Of a DNA stretch of 64,000 nt, positions 12,640-25,839 are shown piece by piece. The stretch covers positions 76,694,001 through 76,758,000 of the forward strand of contig NC_043002.1 in the NCBI RefSeq assembly GCF_006345805.1, written 5' to 3'. Within the stretch, counting starts at the first letter, position 1. Each line of letters starts with the position of its first letter. The notes beneath the pieces are model-generated. The model had not been told where the DNA came from. It made no database searches and worked only from the letters and a program-made list of their open reading frames with translations. The position numbers and the translations under genes are program-made. This DNA is from Octopus sinensis. Its lineage: Eukaryota.

Positions 12640-15055
12640 GTAAATATTTTTGGCTTTTCTTTTTAGCATTTTGTTTCCTGCTAAATATTGTTTATATTTT
12701 TTTAATCTTTTTATCAGCATTTAATCTTTTTTGCTTTTGTTTCCCCCTTAATTATCGTCCTCCTTCCATTTTCTTAAAAGAAAAAAAAAAAAGAAAAAGG
12801 AAATATTGTGACTCATTCACTTTAAGAAACACAAGATATTGTCCCCCTTTTTTAAAGTTGCCATCCTCAACCTTCCATCTTTTACAAAAGAAGGTAAACT
12901 GTTATTAATTTTAATAATGTGGTAGTTTCTACTAAACAGAAAAGATTGTTTGCTTGTTATTTCTTTTTGCCTTTTCTTCACAATGAATTCTCACTACTTT
13001 ACCTTCCATTAACATTGTGGCATCTGTATTTTTATTGGTATTTTAATTATACACTTTTGGGAATTAAAGGCTTCTAGTCTCATTTGTAACAAAAGATTAA
13101 AAACACACTAGCAAACAATGTATAAGAAGGCAGTTAGGCTGGAGTAAAAGCATAGAATGATATATGTAAAAACTGGAGGTGGTTTGATGAAGATGACTCA
13201 GGATATATCTTGACATCCCATTGCTCAGTAAGAGAAGAAAGTGACTAAGGTATTTCTCATGTTAGTGGCACAAGGCTACTAATATTTAAGGAAGAAGTAT
13301 TAAAACCACAAATTTTTCTATACACATTCCCGAGTATGGTGGGACACTGGTGAGGCTTGAGCATAGAATGAAATAGGGCTGAACTAAATATGATTTTCTT
13401 AAATCAGAAATTCTCAGACTGACAAATACCAGCACAGCAAGCCTCCATTTCCGGTCATTTTATAAAAAAAAAATGACACACTGTAGTCCTAGATAAACTA
13501 TGCCTCAAGAAAAAAGACTGGATGCTCTTTCTTGGAGTAACTTTGATCAGGGGTTCTGCTAGGTCAGCACTAATTTAGGGCTAAACTACATTTTCCAGGT
13601 AGTCACGCAGACCATTGTCATGGGAGGGTTCATAACTCATGCAAATTAAGTATACATATATTTTATTTGCAGTACCAAACACTAGCTTCAAGATGGAATC
13701 TAATATCTAAACTTTGATAATTCCACCATCATTTTACATTTGCCTTATATGTTGGCATGATTTGTATTTGTTAGTTCTTGTTTGGAGTTTTTGCCTCTCC
13801 TAGATGGGTCTAAGATCATACCTTGTTCATACATTTTGTTTTTGGTATGGGTTTTTACAGTGTACTGGATGTGGGGTGCATTTTATTGCAGTACTGCTAG
13901 ATTGGTTGTCTTGCTCCTAAGAAGACTGGGCTTCCTCTATGTTGTCTCCGTTCAAGGCACTGTGTTTGAGAGGATGACTAAAAGAGTGAAGTAAAGAGAA
14001 CTGCTACGAGAGATTGATCGAAGTGAAATTATGACAGAGGAAAGTGATAGGAAGGAAAGGCTAATAGAAGAAAATAATAGACGAGACAGTAATAGCCAGC
14101 CACATATTGGTTATTGAATAGAAAATCAGCATGAGCAGTGTGATGGAGGAATGTACAACATAGCATGATTTTTTTTTCTTTTTAATTTGATATATATGGG
14201 TGAGAATTAATTCCAAAGAATATGGCCATTTAATATTGTTTATATAAAATGGCAGCTATTAATCTGTGTGTGTGCGTTTGTTTAGTGTGTTTGTTCAAGA
14301 TATTTTTAAGCTATGGTCAACATTTGTAATGTCTAAGATGTTTTTAAATATATATAAATAGTACTGAAGTTTAATTTTATTACTTTATTGACACAGTTAA
14401 TTGAAATGTTAGATTGGTTTATAGAGCAATGTGGCCTTTTGATTATAAATTGCTCAGCTCTGACATGAAGAGAAGGATCTGTGTTGGTGGTGGTGGGTTT
14501 TTTTTCTCTTCTTTTTTTTTTTCAGTTGGGTTGCTTTTGAAATTGGTAGTTACTTATTGGAGATCTTGAACTGATGTCATATTTATTGTACACCATCTAC
14601 ATTACACACTCAATATGTTAATGATGAGCATAGTTCATTTATTTTTATTCCATTATCTGGCTGGTGATCTCTTCTTGTCTCATTCCTTCCTTTCCTTCTT
14701 CCCACATCTGTTTTCTCTCCCTAGATCTCACTCTTTTGGACTGCTCCTCTGTCTTTATATTACAACCTCTTCTTACTCTCTCACTTCCTAGCCACTTCCT
14801 CAAATATTTTATGATACAATTGTTCAAATTTTAAAACAAAATTGTAGTGAAATTCTTGTGTAGTTAATGGATATGATTTTTATTCCTCCTCCTCCTTTTT
14901 TACTCTATCAAGTCATCTAAATTGAGGTTCGGTTTTTGTTTCTTCTCTTTCCATGTTATCTCTTTATTTCTTTCAACTGTGTTTGCCAAATTTATCAAAT
15001 AATTACATAGTAAAGAACAACATTTTGTTCTAATGATTTATAATATGAAAAGAAC

Positions 15056-15403
15056 ATAGGCTGTGTGGTAAGAAGCTTGCTTCTCAACCGCATAGTTCCG
15101 AGTTCAATCCCATTGTATGGCACCTTGGCTGAGTTTTCTACAATAGCATTGGACCAATCAAAGCCTTGTAAGTAAATTTGGTAGACAGAAACTGAAAGAA
15201 GCCCATTATTGTGTGTGCTTGTCTCCCCACTACAATCGCTTGACAACTGGTGTTGGTGTGTTTACATTCCTGTAACTTAGCAGTACAAAAGAGACCAATA
15301 GAATTAGTACCAGGTAAGTTCTGGGGTTGATTCATTCAACTAAAAATTCTTCAAAGCAGTGCTCCAGCATGGCTGCAATCTAATGACCAAAAATATATAA
15401 GAA
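15056..15403 (+). mobile_element. SINE family A copy
   Basis: Colinear with the 52651 copy from ggctgtgtggtaag to gctccagcatggctgca. Confidence 0.85.
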
Positions 15404-15549
15404 CAATGTCAATAAATACGGCTGAAAAGAAAAAGGTATCAAGGAGAGGGAAGGCAACAGGGGTGGGGGATGGGGAAGAATATATTTCTCTATAAATTAA
15501 CCTTATGTATGAAATTTAATCCTTAGGGCAGCATGTTGTCTACCTCTTT

Positions 15550-15790
15550 CTAGTGGCCTAGGAGCTAGGAACAATGTTGTCTCAAATTGTAAGGTCATAA
15601 GTTGAATTTCTGGACTATGTGGCATGTTGCTTCCTTGAGCAAAGCACTTCATTACATGATGCTTTCAATCCATTCCGCTGAAAACAAGTGCCAGCTTCAG
15701 CTGGGGTTAAACTCTGTGAAGGACTGGCATCTCATTTCAGGAGAAATCTTGTACTTTCAGTTGCTTGTACACTGTGGAGGCGAAGTTAAG
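15550..15790 (+). mobile_element. SINE family C-related copy (degraded)
   Basis: tagtggcctagg...gttgaatttctggact...cttccttgagcaaagcacttcattacat...gaaggactggcatctcatttcagg. Confidence 0.6.
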
Positions 15791-15854
15791 CTCCAGCTTA
15801 AATTTGCCTGTAGGCTCATGACAGACTAACTTCATATTAATTATTTGCAAACAG

Positions 15855-16183
15855 ACATGGGTGTGTGGTTAAAAACTTCACTCACCAATCACATGCTTTT
15901 GGGTTCAGTCCCACTGCTTGGTACCATGATACATCCTCAGGTTAACCAAAGCTTAGTGAGTGGATTTGGTTGGTGGAAACTATAAGAAGCCTGTCGTCTA
16001 TATATGTGTGTGTGTGTGTGCATTCTAATCTTGACATTATGTGATAGTTGTAAAAGAGTGTCACTGTTATCAACATGTTTAGTGGTGGGCAAGTTGACCA
16101 GAAGAAAGGTATCTGGTTATAGAAAAATTCCATTTGACCTATGCTAGCATGGAAAAGTGGACATCAAAAACGATGATGATGAC
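15855..16183 (+). mobile_element. SINE with a family A head and an RTE-like tail (subfamily A2)
   Basis: Head gggttcagtcccactgc...gaagcctgtcgt; tail gacctatgctagcatggaaaagtggacat...gatgatgat. Confidence 0.78.
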
Positions 16184-16249
16184 ACTGAAATAGCAGTCAT
16201 TTACTCCCACTTTCGCTCAAACACATTCACTCACAATGCAAACATATCT

Positions 16250-16644
16250 TTTACTATCTACTTGTTTGTCATGAGACTACAGCCCCGCTGGGGCACCGCC
16301 TTGAAGAATTTTTAGTCAAATGACTCCAGTATTTTTTGTTTTATTTTAAGCCTGGTACTTATTCTGTCTCTTTTGCCTAACTCTTAAGTTATGGAGAGAC
16401 ACACACCAACACCAGTTGTCAAGCAGTGGTAGAGGACAAACACAGACACAAGGAAACACACACACACACATTATTTTATTTATATGCATGTGACAGGCTT
16501 CTTTCAGTTTCTGCCTACTGAATCTACTCACAAGACTTTGATCAGCCCAAGGCTATAGAAAACACTTGCCCAAGGTGCAATGCAGTATGACTGAACCCAG
16601 AACCATGTGGTTGGGAAGCAAACTTCTTACTACACAGCCACGCC
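16250..16644 (-). mobile_element. SINE family A copy, antisense
   Basis: ctttcagtttctgcctac...cacttgcccaaggtgc...gactgaacccagaaccatgtggttggg is the reverse complement of the family A head; the tail is also present. Confidence 0.85.
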
Positions 16645-18741
16645 AGCCGTTCCCCATCCCACCCTCCTCAACAATGTGCACTTCTTGGCTTCTTCACAGC
16701 AAGCTCTTATTTCTTCAAGTGTTTTAGTCCACTATAATACTTTCCTTCAGTTTAGTGATTACTAACTACTTGTACCACCGCCACTATTATTACTACTGCC
16801 AGTAATGATACCGCTTAGCTCATTTAATTAGCATTCCATTTAGACTAGCCACAGTGTCCTATAATCACTCATTTCCTAAACTATTGGAATTAACCCTCCA
16901 CCTAACCTCCTAGTTTTTCTTCTTTTTCCTGTGTCTGTTTTATTTAAAATTTTATTTCAAGATTTGCTGGAAAGTGACTTATAAGAAAATTGATTCTGAT
17001 ATCTTTGCTCTTGTTGTTGTTTAGGAAATAATTTTCTGCTAGCATTCAAGGAAATCTTATAGCTGGGCAGATATTTTCTTTCTACTTCAAGGATAAAGAA
17101 TTCAGTCGTAATTTTGTATTAGGAACATTCAGTAAAAAATAAACTAAATAAATATATAGAATATTTTCTATAACTTTATATAAACTCTTAAAGTATTTGT
17201 ACCAAATGTTAACCCGTTATACAATAACAAAAACAAGCTATATATTTTATTAAATTTCTCTTGAATCTTGATTTCTTATTACGATAGTAAAGGGTTATTA
17301 AAGATCTTTTCACTACTCAAGAAAGTAAGGCAAAAATGTTTGTACAACAAAGAAGTATATTCCATTTTGTTTCACTTTGCCTGTATGAACTTGTATTGCC
17401 ACAGTTCAATTAAACTAGCTTGCAATTTTTTTTTTCCCATGCAAAATGTGTGTCTGTCTGTCAGTCATTTCATGTCCACTTTCCGTGCTGGCATAGTATA
17501 TGTGTGTATACCTGCCTACACACACGCACACCTTATTAATTGTTACATATGAATTATTGATACATTCCTCTGATAGTTTAATGTTGTTAATTGTATGAAT
17601 ACTCACTTATATGCACTCTCAAAGATGAAAATAAATATCAGAATTTCTGTTAGTTATTGCTTCTTTCCCCCCTCCCCCCCATTCTCAACACCTACCTACT
17701 CTCCATTCTTTTCACTTGAATCTCCTTGTTTTCTCACTCTTGACAAATATGTATGCAGAGATATTGCCACCGGCAAACTGCAGAAGATTTATTAACCGTG
17801 TAGTATATACAAGACTGCTTGTTATACTTTCTTACTATCTTTCTTTCACTCTCTCCCCTATCTTCTCTCTGTCTCTCTCTCATCATCTTGAACACAAAAA
17901 GGCTTGTTAAGCCTGAAGCAGTGGTGGCACTCAGGCTGCAACTTGTTGAGGGCTCTCCAACCATTGCTTGAATGGTATAAACCACTAGTCTGCTTGATTG
18001 ACCAGCTCTGCTAGTATTTTGCATAAGTGGCTCTTTTCAGCTGCCTATTATGGTAGTGGACAGGATCCTATTTACAGTTGTTGCCTGTCACTGCCTCTTC
18101 AGCCAGTTTACTTCAACTGTTTTTGGACCACTGCCAACAGGAAAAAGGGATTGAAGAATCTAGTGCCTATGAAAGAGGCACTTTTGTCACCAAGTGGTTA
18201 GTCTAACAATTGTCCAACAATATTCATGGAATGCTTTTAACCAAATACCGTTCTTTGGTGCAAATCTTGAAAATCTGTAAGAAATTGGTTTACAGAGCTG
18301 TTAGTTGTTAGATTCCACAAAGTAATTCTTACAGCTTATCAACATTTCTAAGTAGCTTTTGCTTCAACAAGGTTCTTCATATTAATGTATTTCATATATT
18401 CTGGAATTATCTGAAGGATATCTTTAATAAAATCGCTGTCAATCCATTTCTGCAAACAAGTTCAAGATAATGATCAAAGGAAAACATTCTTTTTTTCTTC
18501 CTCCTCTTCTTTTGTAACTTGACTTTTACTTTAATTGCTTCATGGCTAATTCTCAATTATTTGCCAAAAGTCTCCACTCCATAAGTTTGCTGTATAGGAT
18601 CTGTAGTACTCCAATTTATTTGTATTGTGTGAAAGTGCTCTGTGCCAGATAACAGGGATATCTCTGCAATGTGTTACACATGGGCTGTTGCTAGGTTACA
18701 ATTATGTATTCACCATCAATTAATATTGTGTATCTGTCCAA

Positions 18742-18870
18742 GATGTTGAGTTGGCAGAGTTGGTTAAATGTCAAATAGAATGCTTTTTGGTATTTTCTCG
18801 TTTGTGGTTCAAATCCTGCCAAGGTTAATTTTGCATTTCATCCTTGAGCTTGATAAAAGTACCAGTATTA
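18742..18870 (+). mobile_element. SINE family B copy (degraded)
   Basis: gagttggcagag...ggttcaaatcctgccaaggttaattttgcatttcatcc...gataaaagtaccagt. Confidence 0.72.
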
Positions 18871-19281
18871 AAATAACTACCTTCTCTCTTTACCTTGTCC
18901 TCTTTTTTTCTTCTCTCTCTCTCTCTTTCTCTCTGTCTCTGTGGAAGAAATCAGATATGTTAAAACCTGGTGGAGGTTCTATCAGTTTTAAAATGCCCAA
19001 GATAGTGTGTTATGATGACTTTGTCAGGATTAGAGAACCCATGGAAGAAGAGATCTGTTCTTTTCTAATGTGAATAGAAATTTCATTAGAATATTGGGTT
19101 TTTTTGGGTTTTTTTTTTTTAAATGCTCTTACTCTGCTATTAATAGAAATCATTAATTTCACTGCTGTAGTGTTGTTTGTAATTTAAACCCTGCAACATA
19201 CTCCTTCACATCAGATTACATAAAGGTGGTATTCTCTGAAATCTGCAAATGTTTACAAGAAAACAAGCGTGTACACACACA

Positions 19282-19316
<35 letters not shown>

Positions 19317-20168
19317 GATCCTTAAATATCACTCTTCATTCATGGATTGACATTTGAAATGTACTAACATCCATGGACACAAAATAGCATTCCCTTTAAA
19401 CCACCTACTTAAAAAACTACTGGATGCATTTCAACACATGTAACAGATTTTTTTTTTTTAAATATCAACATCTACACTTTCGATTAATTTTGATATTACT
19501 TTCTAGTCTCATTCCCTCTCTAAACCTTTTTCCCCACCTCATTTCAAACATCAAACTATATTATGTTTCCCACTCTTACACACACTCTCTCTTTTTTTCT
19601 CCCTCTTGTGTTTGTGTGTGTACATCTTGATGGTTGACCCAAAGTTCTTAGATAAAAATATGATTTGCTTCATGTGTGTATCTGTTTTACTTTAAAGGCC
19701 ACCACCTCCCATTCTTCCTGTTTCGTAATTTACTGAGAAATGCCTTATGCACCAGGGAAATGTCTCAAAAGAGCAACACACACACACACCTTGTTTTTTT
19801 TTTTTTTGTTTGTTTCTGTTGGATGGGTGATTGGTTTCTGCTCTCTTATTTTATTTTTGTTTTAATCATCAAGCAGTCTTTAAGGTCTGAAATAGGTTTT
19901 GAATTGAGGAACTATGGCATTAAGTTGATGGCTATTAAAAGTAGAGATTGCAGAGTAGCTAATGGCAGTCTTAGTGCTTCCTTTGTCTATAAGGTGACAA
20001 GCAGTGAGTTTTAAAAAAGAGAATGAGAAGAAACCACATACATACATTTTCCGTCATTTTTTCTGTTTTTTTCTTTGTTATTGCATATAGATTCGTTTTT
20101 TTTTTTTTTTACTTCATTATCTTTCTCTTTCTGTTTATTTCTGTAGTGTGATATGTGTGTATTGAAGT

Positions 20169-20170
<2 letters not shown>

Positions 20171-20249
<79 letters not shown>

Positions 20250-20250
20250 T
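20171..20250. repeat. (TA)n microsatellite followed by poly-T
   Basis: Direct reading. Confidence 0.95.
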
Positions 20251-20671
20251 TTCTTATTTAACAAGACTTTGATGACAACTGCTTGTATATATTTCTTATC
20301 AGGTGGTTTTATATATATTTAGAATCATGTCACAAGGTATGTGTGTATCTATAATACATGCCAGTGGAAGCAGTTATTATATTCACTTTCAACAACAACC
20401 ACATCCTTCAAATTGCTTTGCCTACCAAGTTTTAATGGCCTCACAAACCCAATCAAAGAAAATCAGATAGATTCCATGCTGATAATGATTTCTTCGAAAT
20501 AGCTGTAAGAAAGAAGAGAGAGAGAGAGAGGTGGGGATGAAAAAAAAAAAGAGCAAATTATTTGAGGTTGTCTCCCCTCACCTCACCCCATCCTCTGCTG
20601 AATCTGCTTTTATTGATTGCTGCTGGCTGAAATATAGTCACCCCCCCCCCCTTTATTTTCTGATACCTTAA

Positions 20672-20890
20672 TGTTGTTTAACCCCAGGTCATCCCCGATT
20701 GAGCAAGCCTGTGATCAAAGCATTGCATCTATAGCCACACCATATTTTTTTTCTTATTTATAGGAAATTGTAGACCATATTATACATGTTCCCCTTCCCC
20801 CATTTTTTTTTTTATAGAAAGTGGTATGTGATTTGAGGTAGATTTGAGTGCTATTCATTGTAGCTTGAGTGTCCATGTAGTGGCTCCCTC
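20672..20890 (+). repeat. Unclassified dispersed repeat family G (other copies at about 205-360 +, 28205-28372 +, 40410-40580 +, 59215-59395 -)
   Basis: Shared block gtgatttgag..agattt..ctgctattt.tagca..ttgag..accatgtag..gctcc in several copies. Confidence 0.65.
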
Positions 20891-21026
20891 ATTGGCTTGG
20901 TTAATTTTGTAATAGTGAGTGAGGCTGGTTAATTTAAATGTAATTTATTCCTACATAATCACACTGGGTTAATTATTGACATTAAAGATGTGAACTTTTT
21001 TTTTTTAGTTCTGTTTTATCTCTCTC

Positions 21027-21063
<37 letters not shown>

Positions 21064-23555
21064 AACCCAATTAGATATAGAATATTTCACTTTTGAAGTG
21101 CTGAGCTGTCTTTTAATGTTGCTTAGTTCTGACTATGAAATCTTGGTGCTTTTTTTTTACTGTAGAAATAGTTGATTTAACTAAAATAATGAATGCATAT
21201 GATCCTTTAGGGTTTTTTTTTTTTCATTCACTTTTATTTCACTAACTAATTCTGTACTGAGTTACCATGGTACTTAGTAGAGTTGGTGCCATTACCATAA
21301 TTACAATTTTCTCTGTCATTTCCTCTCTCTCTCTCTCTCTCTCTCTTGGATGCACCAATCTGTATAGTCGGAGCATTATCTCCAAACTAGAATTACAGCA
21401 TATATAATATTTCTGAAAATAGAAATTGTATTTTAAAGATATTGACAATCCTTCTTCATTTTCCACCTTCGTTTCCATTTGTCTTAATTAGCTGTAAAAT
21501 GACTTCTGTTACCTACCACATACACACATACTCTTGCTCAGAGGCATATATGATGTTTTGGAGTATTTACAAAAGTGATGCACCTGTAAATGGAACTTTG
21601 AATCAATCCAGTCTATTTTCTGGGTAGCTAGTTAGCTCTGAGCTCAGAAGTCGATGCTTTCTCTCTGTCTAGGCATGGCTGCCATGTTTCGATTGGGGTG
21701 TCCTGCCACGCATAGGGATGCTCTTCAATCTATAAACAAAACTGTGTTGAAGGTTAATTTGTTTTGTTAGAAGCATTTCATATTGTTAACATACTTTGAA
21801 TGGATTTAACTTCAATCTAACAACCAGCAACGAAGCTAATTATTGTATTTGATGGCATAAAAGATATACAGGCATATTAGATACATCCCAATGTCAACTA
21901 TGCATATTCAGGAAAAAGTGAACATCAGGGACAAAATTAGCTTATGGGAGATCCAACTCCACATATAGGGCCCAGGGGGAGGGTGCACCTTATATGCTAC
22001 CAAATGCAGTACAAAAGCTGCTAGTAAAATGAATCTTATTGCCGAATTGTGATCTGCAATGTATGGTTCTAAATCCCTAAATAACAGCAACAATAAGTGT
22101 GCAGGGATTAGCAAAAGAGTCTGGAGAAGTTGGTACTTCATTTTCGCTTGGTTACCACCACCAGTAGTTGTAACTCAAGGAAACTCTGGACCTTTTTAAC
22201 ATTGTAAATACTATCTAAACCCCACTCCATTCAGTTTGTAAAGGTAGTTTGGATGAGAGTAGAGTGGAGTAGGACAGGTGTTGATTTTTAGATAATTTTG
22301 TGAAAGTTAATGATTAGAGAAAAATTGGTCCTTTTCTCAATTTTTTATTTGGGAGGATATTTCTCTTTTGTAAACTCAGGCAAACAAAAATTTTCTTCAG
22401 ATCTTCATTGTCATCCCAGTAAATTTCATTAAATGTAATTCTTTTGTGAAAATTGTTTCCTGTATGTTATTTACTCCCGTAATTTTCTTTAAATTCTCAG
22501 CTTTATTTCTTTTCCCATGAACTGTAGATTGTTTTACTGTTAGAGATGATGCCATCCTGAATGCTAACTGTAATAATCAGTTGTCAAGAAGTAGTAACCT
22601 TTTATTCTCAGTTAGATTAGAGAAAATACACAATCAAATAGTTTTATAAGCATTTGCACTCTTGGCCTTTTCAGCATGCTTGCACCAGGCTTCAACAGCT
22701 GCTGCCTGTGAAGTCAGTATACGAGGCAAACAACAGATGAGTTTCCTCTTTCCAGCGCTGTTGACTCTGAGGTGGTGCACCTGCTCTATTGACTGTATTC
22801 CCAAGAAAGCTTCTGCAATAATTCCTTTCTGCATTATGTCTCTGGCATATTGTTAAAAACTAAGCCCTCTCTTTTTCCTTCTCTTATAACTGCCACTACC
22901 ATAAGAAATTTTGTTGGTTGTGTTTTTGTCACTCCTTTATCTTTATTTTGAACCATCAATGTATAAATTGCTCTGTCTCTTTGCTTCTGTAACATTTGAA
23001 ATTCCACATTACATGCTTGCCTCCCTCGTGTGTGTGTGTATGTATATAAATATGTATGTATGTTATGTATGATAAGCATCCTCTTTGTATATATTAAAAG
23101 TGGTAGATTGCTACATGAGGGGAATTTGACTACTCTTTCTAGCAGATTGAGGGAATGACCTTTAGATGCTCACCCGTTGGAATCTAAATATTATTTAGAA
23201 CTAAAGGACAGTCAATTAAATCAGTCTTATTGGTTTGTACATTATTTCAGCACACCCCTGAAGGATGAAAATCTAAGTTGACCATAGCAGGATTTGAACT
23301 CAGAAGTTAAAGTGTTGAATTGAACTAAATATCAGGAGGCATTTTGTCATAATAATAGCAATTTCTTTAGACAACTTATCATGTTTTGGTCCTAAATCAA
23401 ATTGAGAGAGCAGACTCAAACAATCCCAGAAATAGTGTAGCTGGCATACAATATCTAATGTTTACTTCTTTTTGTAAGTCAGCATGGTACAATTTAAGGG
23501 AAATTTGTTGCTATTTCTTGCAAATAAAGCTACTACATGGAGGCTCCCTTGATCC

Positions 23556-23772
23556 ATTCTTTTCTACTCTAGGCATAAGGCCTGAAATTTTGGGGGAGGG
23601 GGCCAGTCAATTAGATCGAACCCAGTACACAACTGGTACTTTATCTATCGACCCCGAAAGGATGAAAGGCAAAGTCAACCTTGGCGGAATTAGAACTCAG
23701 AACATAAAGACAGACAAACTACCGCTAGGCATTTCGCCCTGCGTGCTAACGTTTCTGCCAGCTCGCCGCCTT
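23556..23772 (-). mobile_element. tRNA-derived SINE family B, well preserved, with target-site duplication
   Basis: Minus strand reads aaggcggcgagctggcagaaacgttagcacgc...gagttctaattccgccaaggttgactttgcctttcatcctttcggggtcgatagataaagtaccagt. CCTTGATCCATT is directly repeated at 23547-23558 and 23769-23780. Confidence 0.88.
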
Positions 23773-23995
23773 GATCCATTAGCATTCAGATTACTCTGTC
23801 AAAAGTAATGCTTATTTATTCCACATTGTTTTTAAATTCATCTTGCATTATTTTGTGGCTTTGAGAGTTTGATGAGCTGTTAATTTTTAGAATGATATTG
23901 TAAGGTTGGTGAAAGAAGTCAAATCCAACCAGTCTGAGCATAAAACAGGTTGACTATTTTTCCTGGATAAGGCCAGTTTAAATGCTAGAGGTTCA
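23771..23995 (-). mobile_element. piggyBac-type MITE family D copy (degraded)
   Basis: ttgatccattagcattcaga ... aaatgctagaggttca; interior is the reverse complement of the 30369 copy. Confidence 0.75.
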
Positions 23996-24509
23996 CAGCA
24001 AGTAGACTTTATTCCTTTTGCTGTTCAAGGGGGCTCAAAACCTCACAATTCAATATGGCAGGAGCCGATAATTCAGTGATTTAACCAGTGAGCTACTGTA
24101 GAAGGTTTCTGAATTATTTGCACTGTCTTCAAATAAAAATAAATAGTTGCATTAATTACTTATTGCTTTAATGTCATTTTATCTTGTGATAGCTTCATGT
24201 TGTTGTTTATCTTGTATCTAGTTTTATAGGATTTGCAATGCAGTTAGATATGCTATTATAGATATATAAGACTCCAATAAAGAGAGTGAGGCAGAGAACA
24301 ACACAGCTAATCTATAATTGGATGTGGTGGAGGTGAAGGAGGGGAGGGTTAGATAAATCTAAGATGTTTCTTTAAGAGAAAGATGTGTGTGCATTGATCT
24401 TTTTTTCCTTTTTTCTTTTCTTCTTTTGCTTGTTTTATATCTTGATCAATTTCTGTTATATCAGCAAACTAGTGCCATTTGTGTAGTTGATAAACATATA
24501 TGTATATTT

Positions 24510-24547
<38 letters not shown>

Positions 24548-25839
24548 ATACATACATGCACACACTCATACATTAACACATGCATGCAAACATGGTGGGA
24601 AGACAAAAAGAAAGAAACTAATCCATTTTGTAATGTTGGAATATTTGGCATGTCAACATTCCCCGTTGCCTTCCATTGCTCTCTATTCAAGTTTTCTGCC
24701 CTTTTTTTTTTACATTATGTAACCCTCTCTTCAGCTTTATTGTTACAGCTGTTGTCTTGGTAGTGATGGTGGTGCTATTGGTAAATATACACGTACCTCC
24801 TTCCCACATACACAATACAATATATACATATATGTACATGTGTGTGTATGTATGTAATATAAAACACTAATGGCTACCATATTGATTGCAATCTTCTCTC
24901 CACCTAAATGTCCATTGTTTTCTTTCCACTTCCTCTCCCATTAGACTGCCATATATATATCTGGTAGTCAGTATCTCTCTCTCCCTCTTTTGTCTTATTT
25001 CTGCCTCCTGGTCTTCTTTACTCAAATTCATCTCCTCTGTGGTTGGCAACACATCTTGCCAATCATCAATGTTGGAAACAATGGAGAAAAACAGTTTGTG
25101 CTAGATTATTTGACAAGATAACCTTAATATATGATTTCTCTCTCTCTCTCTCCCTCCACATTTTTTGTTCTTGTTTTTTTTTCTTCTTCTTTGTATTCAT
25201 TTGTTTAATTTACAGATAGGAGAAAGACTTAACTAATCTCTCACTTGTGTGTCTATACATATTTCATTAGCTGCCAGTTTTATCATCATAGAAATGGATA
25301 TTCAGATATAAGCTGCTGTTTCTGTCAGTGACACACCATTTGTGTTGCTGCAATGGCATGTTGCTGTAAGCTGAGGTCCTTGACTCTATGCCGGGTGGGC
25401 CATTGGACATTGGGTAATATGTAGTCAGTTAAGAATACAGGGATATCTTGTAGCTAGCTATAAGCATCAGGTGCAAAGGTATACTGTTAGGAAAGTTTTA
25501 TTGTTGTATATCCCCAGATCAGTATAGAAAAAGCAGATGTTAATCAGATATTCCAGTTTTGGCCGTCTTATAATATTTTGTCTTTTTGGGTATCCTTTTG
25601 TAAGATGCTAGATATTCTCATTATTATAGTTTTCTGAAACACACACCCATATTCATCATCATCATCATTGATTTTTTTTCTTCATCTGTTTTTTTTCTGA
25701 TGCCAACCCTTACGGCTGGGCATTTTGTTAATAGTTGACATAAATGCCACTGTTAGCCACTAGTAAAGTGATGCCGATGCAAAGTCATGAAGAGACAAAT
25801 ATGCATGCACACAAACACACACACACATGCAGGCTTAGA

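Noticed and set aside
20303-20336. Cryptic exon with a strong AAG|GTATGT donor
   Set aside because: 34 nt (or 14 nt from the inner AG) would frameshift between two phase-0 exons; no homology support.
22634-22856. Overlapping ORFs on both strands in a higher-complexity stretch
   Set aside because: Short, with no recognisable domain or splice signals; cannot be supported as coding.
23386-23808. Longest ORF in the track (140 aa)
   Set aside because: It runs across an antisense SINE-B and flanking repeats; the peptide is a SINE translation artefact.
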